A stretch of 11,702 bases of DNA from Armatimonadota bacterium (lineage in GTDB: Bacteria; Armatimonadota; UBA5829; DTLH01): NCBI GenBank assembly GCA_039680575.1, contig JBDKSP010000031.1:1-11702 (forward strand). Reading direction: 5' to 3'. The notes under the pieces are model-generated. The model saw only the letters and a list, made by a program, of their open reading frames with translations. It had not been told where the DNA came from and ran no database searches. This document shows positions 8,178 to 11,702 of this stretch, one piece after another; positions within the stretch are counted from its first letter, which is position 1, and each line of letters opens with the position of its first letter. The position numbers and the translations under genes were made by a program.

Positions 8178-8215
8178 TGTAGCCCCAAAGGGATTCGAAC
8201 CCTAGATTTCACCTT
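8178..8215 (-). pseudogene. 3' half of a tRNA gene (probably tRNA-Glu), att-site-like relic
   Basis: Minus strand reads AA-GGTGA-AATC-TAGGG-TTCGAAT-CCCTT-TGGGGCT-A-CA. This parses as anticodon-loop end, anticodon 3' stem, 4-nt variable loop, T arm (one mismatch), acceptor 3' strand and discriminator. No complementary 5' half or D arm lies upstream. Confidence 0.7.
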
Positions 8216-8282
8216 TATTTGCAAACATTTCCACCCTATGTCGAAAGGACGATGGACGTTTCCGGTAATCCCGAAGGACTGT

Positions 8283-8314
8283 ATAGACGACATATTCTCC
8301 CTCCGCAGGGTGGA
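8283..8314. repeat. 32-bp direct repeat, copy 2
   Basis: Identical to 7050-7081; lies 20 nt beyond the oxidoreductase stop codon. Confidence 0.95.
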
Positions 8315-8334
8315 GCTATCAATAATGATATTTT

Positions 8335-9495
8335 CTAATATTCTACTTCCGTCCAATTCTCTTTCTTAGCCGATTTGAGGACTGCTTCTACGATGGCTAT
8401 CTCCGCATGCCCGTCAGCGAATGTCGGAAAGTCGGGCTTTTCTGCTCTTGGGTCTTTACCTGAGCTGATGAACCCGTAAAAGCTCGACATGAAGTTCTTC
8501 AGGCCATCTGGGTAGCCTTCGGGATGCCCGCCGGGATATGAAGTCTTTCCACGCGCGCGGTCGGAGAGAATCGATGGGTCGCGCATCATAACCTGGTTCG
8601 CCGCGCCGCGCTGCCCTATCCAGAGCCGCTCGACATCTTCCTGATCGAACGCAAGCGCTGCTTTTTCGCAGTCGATCTCATAGTAAAGGCGGTTCTTCCG
8701 GCCTGCGGATACCTGGCAGACGGTGAATACGCCGCGGGTGCCGCCGTCCATCTCGAAGAGCACTGTGCCGTAATCTTCGGTCTTTACAGAGACTTCCTCA
8801 TAATCTTCAGGCGTAAGCTCCTTACCTGCGTAAGTCTCGATTGCCTTCTTTGGCTTCATTCTTGTTTTGTGGATTATCGCAAGGTCGGCATAGACTTTTT
8901 TGAACTTTTGGCCGGTGATAAAGGATATGAGGTCGCACCAATGGCTTCCTACATCGGCAACAGCCCTCGACTCGCCGCCGAGTTCGGTCTCTATCCGCCA
9001 ATTATAGTCTGTATTGAGGAGAAGCCAGTCCTGGAGGTAACTGCCGGTGATAACCATCGGCTTTCCTATCTCGCCGGACTGCACTTTCTCTCTTGCTTCC
9101 TGATTGAGCGGATAAAACCTGTAGTTGAAGTCCACCGCGTTCACAAGCCCCATCCTTTTTGCAAGCTCGACTAACTCGGCAGACTCTTTCGAGTTCATTG
9201 CAAGCGGTTTTTCGCAGAAAACATGTTTTCCGGCCATGAGAGCCTCGACCGCAATCGGATAATGGAGCGTGTTCGGCGTACAGATATGGACTACCTTGAT
9301 CTCCGGGTCCGCGAGGAGTTCTTTATACGTCCCATATGCCTTCGGTATGGAAAGTGCAGCGGCTTTTTGCTCCGCAAGCTCTTTACCGGCTTCCGCGACG
9401 GCTGCTGCTTCTACGTAGCCGAGCCGCCGTATTGCCTCTATATGCGCCGGTCCGATAAATCCGGTACCGATAATTCCAACTTTAATCTTCTCCAT
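8335..9495 (-). CDS. Gfo/Idh/MocA family NAD(P)-dependent oxidoreductase
   Basis: Rossmann motif KVGIIGTGFIG, ICTPNTLH, AGKHVFCEKPLA, DVGSHWCD and C-terminal PTFADG. Confidence 0.95.
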   Translation of the reverse strand: MEKIKVGIIGTGFIGPAHIEAIRRLGYVEAAAVAEAGKELAEQKAAALSIPKAYGTYKELLADPEIKVVHICTPNTLHYPIAVEALMAGKHVFCEKPLAMNSKESAELVELAKRMGLVNAVDFNYRFYPLNQEAREKVQSGEIGKPMVITGSYLQDWLLLNTDYNWRIETELGGESRAVADVGSHWCDLISFITGQKFKKVYADLAIIHKTRMKPKKAIETYAGKELTPEDYEEVSVKTEDYGTVLFEMDGGTRGVFTVCQVSAGRKNRLYYEIDCEKAALAFDQEDVERLWIGQRGAANQVMMRDPSILSDRARGKTSYPGGHPEGYPDGLKNFMSSFYGFISSGKDPRAEKPDFPTFADGHAEIAIVEAVLKSAKKENWTEVEY

Positions 9496-9497
9496 CC

Positions 9498-10004
9498 TTA
9501 CCTCTTCGTATTTCCGAAATGATTCCAGTGCAAGACAGATTCCAACGGCTTTTTCTCCGGATTCGGAGTTACCGCGGCATAACCTACTGCTATAAGGCTG
9601 ATTAGCTTATAGTTTTCAGGGACATTAAGCGCCTCTTTCACCTCTTCGCTGTAGGGTTTCTTATCACCTGCAATCCAACATGAGCCAAGCCCATACGCGC
9701 GAGCAGCGTTCAGGATATTTTGAGTTGCTGCAGAGCCGTCTTCAAGGAAGTACTTCGTATCCTCGCAGAAAACGACGATACAGACAGGCGCTTCTGTTAT
9801 GAATTTACCATGGTCTGTTATATCTGCCAGTTTTTTGCGCACTGATTCTTCCGTTGCAGCTACAAAAACCCAGGGTTGGATGTTTATGGCAGTAGCGGCA
9901 AGCCGTCCTGCATCGATGATGTCTTCTATGATCTCCGGAAGTACGGGTTGATCGGCATACGCCCGCACACTTCTCCTTGTTTTCAAGCATTCCATAGCAT
10001 CCAT
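9498..10004 (-). CDS. Nitroreductase family FMN-binding protein
   Basis: TRRSVRAY, LAATAINIQPW, DGSAATQNILNAARAYGLGSCWI, LIAVGY. Start moved to the ATG at 10004 (GGAGGT SD). Stop lies 2 nt before the next ATG, suggesting translational coupling. Confidence 0.93.
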   Translation of the reverse strand: MDAMECLKTRRSVRAYADQPVLPEIIEDIIDAGRLAATAINIQPWVFVAATEESVRKKLADITDHGKFITEAPVCIVVFCEDTKYFLEDGSAATQNILNAARAYGLGSCWIAGDKKPYSEEVKEALNVPENYKLISLIAVGYAAVTPNPEKKPLESVLHWNHFGNTKR

Positions 10005-10087
10005 GTTCTTCCACCTCCAACTGAGAAACACTTCTACGTCCGGCTGCTTCAGACCTTCCATTTTATGGGGTCCAGGTTTGATAGAGT

Positions 10088-10291
10088 TTAAAGGGAAATA
10101 GTTTTGGTGGGAATTGGGATTTTAGTTTCTGGCTGCTCATTTGGGATTTTGAGGCTGTCTGATTCGATGTGCATCAGCGCGCCACACCACGGACAAATAT
10201 ATGTCTCGGCGCAAATGTAAGAGAACTCTCCCGCAAGCTGAGTGCCGCAGTTCTCACACGTCTGATACCAATCTGCTTTGGGTTCAGTCAT
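10088..10291 (-). CDS. Small putative zinc-ribbon protein
   Basis: Paired CxxCG knuckles CENCG and CPWCG. It fills the gap between yebC and the nitroreductase on the same strand. Start uncertain (ATG 10291 or GTG 10306). Confidence 0.55.
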   Translation of the reverse strand: MTEPKADWYQTCENCGTQLAGEFSYICAETYICPWCGALMHIESDSLKIPNEQPETKIPIPTKTISL

Positions 10292-10317
10292 GGCGATCAT
10301 CACCACACCAATGTAGT

Positions 10318-10347
10318 ATCCACCAGAGAACGGATTCCCTGGTGGAT
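10318..10347 (-). other. Intergenic hairpin after yebC
   Basis: ATCCACCAG (10318-10326)/CTGGTGGAT (10339-10347) 9-bp stem with additional inner pairing; no U-tract. Confidence 0.45.
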
Positions 10348-10364
10348 CAAATAGTAACGTCGTT

Positions 10365-11117
10365 TTATGCAGCTACTTCCTGCATAAGCTCATCTGGTAT
10401 ATCGAAATTCGCAAAGACATTCTGTACATCATCATGATCATCAAGCATCTCCACCAGCCTGAGTATCTGGCTGGCTTCCTTGCTTCCTTCCACGCGGACC
10501 GTGGTTTTAGGGATCATAGTGACATCAGCTTCGATAAATTCGATGCCTGCATCGGCAAGCGCGTCGCGGACCGACTGAAGGTCCTCCGGCCTGCTGAAGA
10601 CTTCAATGATATCGCCATCTGTGCGAATATCGTCCGCACCGGCATCCATCGTAGCCATCAGGACTGTATCTTCATCCGTGTTTGCCGTCGGAATCGTGAC
10701 CATTCCCTTTTGATCGAACATCCAGGAAACGGATCCGGATTCCCCCAGGTTTCCGCCGCATTTATTGAATATATTTCTGAGATCGGCAACAGTGCGGTTG
10801 CGATTGTCTGTGAGGCACTGAACCAGAACAGCCACACCTGCTACACCGTAGCCCTCGTATGTGACTTCTTCGTAACTCACGCCTTCAAGCTCACCGGTTC
10901 CACGCTGGATAGCTCTTTTAATGTTATCCGCCGGCATACTGTTCTCACGAGCCTTCTGGACCGCGAGCCGCAGCCTTATATTAGAATCGGGATTTCCTCC
11001 GCCTGCTCTCGCCGCGACGATGATCTCACGAGCAAGCTTGGTAAATATTTTACCTCGTTCTGCGTCTTGTTTGCCTTTACGCAGACGTATATTATGCCAC
11101 TTGGAATGACCTGACAA
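10365..11117 (-). CDS. yebC: YebC/PmpR (TACO1) family protein
   Basis: SGHSKWHNIRLRKGKQDAERGKIFTKL, YEGYG, LTDNRNRT, GGNLGESGSVSWMF, DDVQNVFANF. True start is the TTG at 11117 (AGGAGGT SD); the ORF-track extension to 11198 runs through the promoter. Confidence 0.97.
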   Translation of the reverse strand: MSGHSKWHNIRLRKGKQDAERGKIFTKLAREIIVAARAGGGNPDSNIRLRLAVQKARENSMPADNIKRAIQRGTGELEGVSYEEVTYEGYGVAGVAVLVQCLTDNRNRTVADLRNIFNKCGGNLGESGSVSWMFDQKGMVTIPTANTDEDTVLMATMDAGADDIRTDGDIIEVFSRPEDLQSVRDALADAGIEFIEADVTMIPKTTVRVEGSKEASQILRLVEMLDDHDDVQNVFANFDIPDELMQEVAA

Positions 11118-11142
11118 CTGGTTTATACCTCCTGCTTGGATC

Positions 11143-11171
11143 AGTATATCAGCTTTTATCTGTTGAGTCAA
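11143..11171 (-). promoter_or_regulatory. Sigma70 promoter for yebC
   Basis: Minus strand TTGACT, 17 nt, TATACT with a TG extended -10, just upstream of the SD. Confidence 0.75.
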
Positions 11172-11315
11172 GACCAAATGTGACCACACGGTGAACATAA
11201 TGGATAGTTGGTAGACTTAGCTTTCGTTATATCCTTCCCAATCATCCATTATAAAACCGGTAAGACTCCCAGTATGACTTTGTGGATATCTACGGCAAAA
11301 TCTATATGAAAGACG

Positions 11316-11412
11316 CTACAGCGATAATAGCAAACCCGTCGAAAGACGGGGACGCAAAGCTAATGGGCCTAAAGGGATCTTCCTCCTATGGTCGCCAGGC
11401 TGCCGAAAGTAG
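11316..11412 (+). ncRNA. GEMM-I (c-di-GMP-I class) riboswitch aptamer, A20 variant (candidate 3',3'-cGAMP sensor)
   Basis: GCAAA-CCCGTC-GAAA-GACGGG-GACGCAAAGC (P2 with GNRA tetraloop). P3 GCTAATGGGCCTAA...TATGGTCGCCAGGC contains the tetraloop receptor, followed by 3' TGCCGAA. P1 is CTAC..CG/CG..GTAG. Confidence 0.93.
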
Positions 11413-11502
11413 GTATGATACGCTTCGTCTTGAGACGCCGTAATGGAATCGCCTCCCGGCTTCTCAAGACGGCGCGGATCTTCGGCATGCCTGGCTTTTT
11501 TT
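11394..11502 (+). terminator. Riboswitch expression platform: long terminator mutually exclusive with the aptamer
   Basis: GCCAGGCTGCCGAA (11394-11407) pairs with TTCGGCA-t-GCCTGGC (11481-11495), followed by T7 (11496-11502). Inner stem CGTCTTGAGA (11426-11435)/TCTCAAGACG (11462-11471). Confidence 0.85.
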
Positions 11503-11521
11503 GCGTGGGAGGTTAGAGAAT

Positions 11522-11702
11522 ATGACTATACCTGAAGCAAGACCATACATAGGCCGAAACTGTAACGTTATCTACAGAGTTTCAGGAGATAAAGTAACAG
11601 CCTTACAGTTATATAAACAGTTCTCTGATATAGCTTTATCTGTTGATTTTACACTTACACCTGAAACTCTTCCGGAAGATTTTCGGCAACAGACAATATA
11701 TG
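11522..11702 (+). CDS. Riboswitch-controlled hypothetical protein, 5' part (runs off the window)
   Basis: GGGAGG SD at 11507-11512 and ATG at 11522. Open to the window end: MTIPEARPYIGRNCNVIYRVSGDKVTALQLYKQFSDIALSVDFTLTPETLPEDFRQQTIY... Confidence 0.65.
   Translation, partial: MTIPEARPYIGRNCNVIYRVSGDKVTALQLYKQFSDIALSVDFTLTPETLPEDFRQQTIY
11576..11670. repeat. 95-bp AT-rich element with 11-bp terminal inverted repeats (MITE-like)
   Basis: AGAGTTTCAGG (11576-11586)/CCTGAAACTCT (11660-11670), plus nested AGATAAAG (11587-11594)/CTTTATCT (11634-11641). Confidence 0.5.

Larger units (their letters stand above)
7050..8314. mobile_element. Putative integrated islet or relic bounded by 32-bp direct repeats
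   Basis: Direct-repeat boundaries, visibly AT-richer interior, TA module, immunity pseudogene and tRNA 3' fragment. No integrase or transposase is present. Confidence 0.5.

Noticed and set aside
8160..8260. Complete tRNA gene
   Set aside because: Only the 3' half is present; there is no D arm or 5' acceptor strand.
8230..8300. Hammerhead ribozyme (GAAAGGACGA resembles stem II)
   Set aside because: No CUGAUGA core on either strand.
7050..8314. CRISPR array interpretation of the 32-bp repeat
   Set aside because: Only two copies 1.2 kb apart, with no spacer periodicity and no cas genes.
8141..8356. 71-aa minus-strand ORF (internal SD and ATG at 8293) and 94-aa plus-strand ORF 8085-8369
   Set aside because: They run through the direct repeat, tRNA relic and TA promoter, and show no family motifs. 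They are best explained as non-coding.
10318..10347. yebC hairpin as a third member of the 32-bp repeat family
   Set aside because: It shares only TCCACC/GGTGGA stem ends, too short to support homology.
10434..11114. 226-aa plus-strand ORF antisense to yebC
   Set aside because: Shadow frame of a highly conserved gene, with no recognisable motifs or SD.

Overview
Bacterial chromosomal window of moderate GC. It is mostly housekeeping or ordinary accessory genes: two tandem paralogous secreted-protein genes (one truncated), a secreted GHL10/DUF187-type glycoside hydrolase with a CBM9-like domain, glutamine-dependent nadE, a membrane hypothetical, and a minus-strand yebC - Zn-ribbon - nitroreductase - Gfo/Idh/MocA cluster. 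Three parts stand out. (1) A PAP2 phosphatase is fused to an ICMT/PEMT-type membrane methyltransferase. (2) A ~1.2 kb AT-richer islet (7050-8314) is bounded by a perfect 32-bp direct repeat. It holds a BrnT/CopG-type toxin-antitoxin pair, an internally deleted SMI1/KNR4 immunity pseudogene missed by the ORF track, and an orphan 3' half of a tRNA. (3) A GEMM-I riboswitch (11316-11412) carries the A20/A47/C92 signature associated with 3',3'-cGAMP sensing. It has a clear ON-type terminator platform in front of an unknown ORF that contains a ~95-bp inverted-repeat element. All family calls come from motif recognition by eye; no database searches were run.
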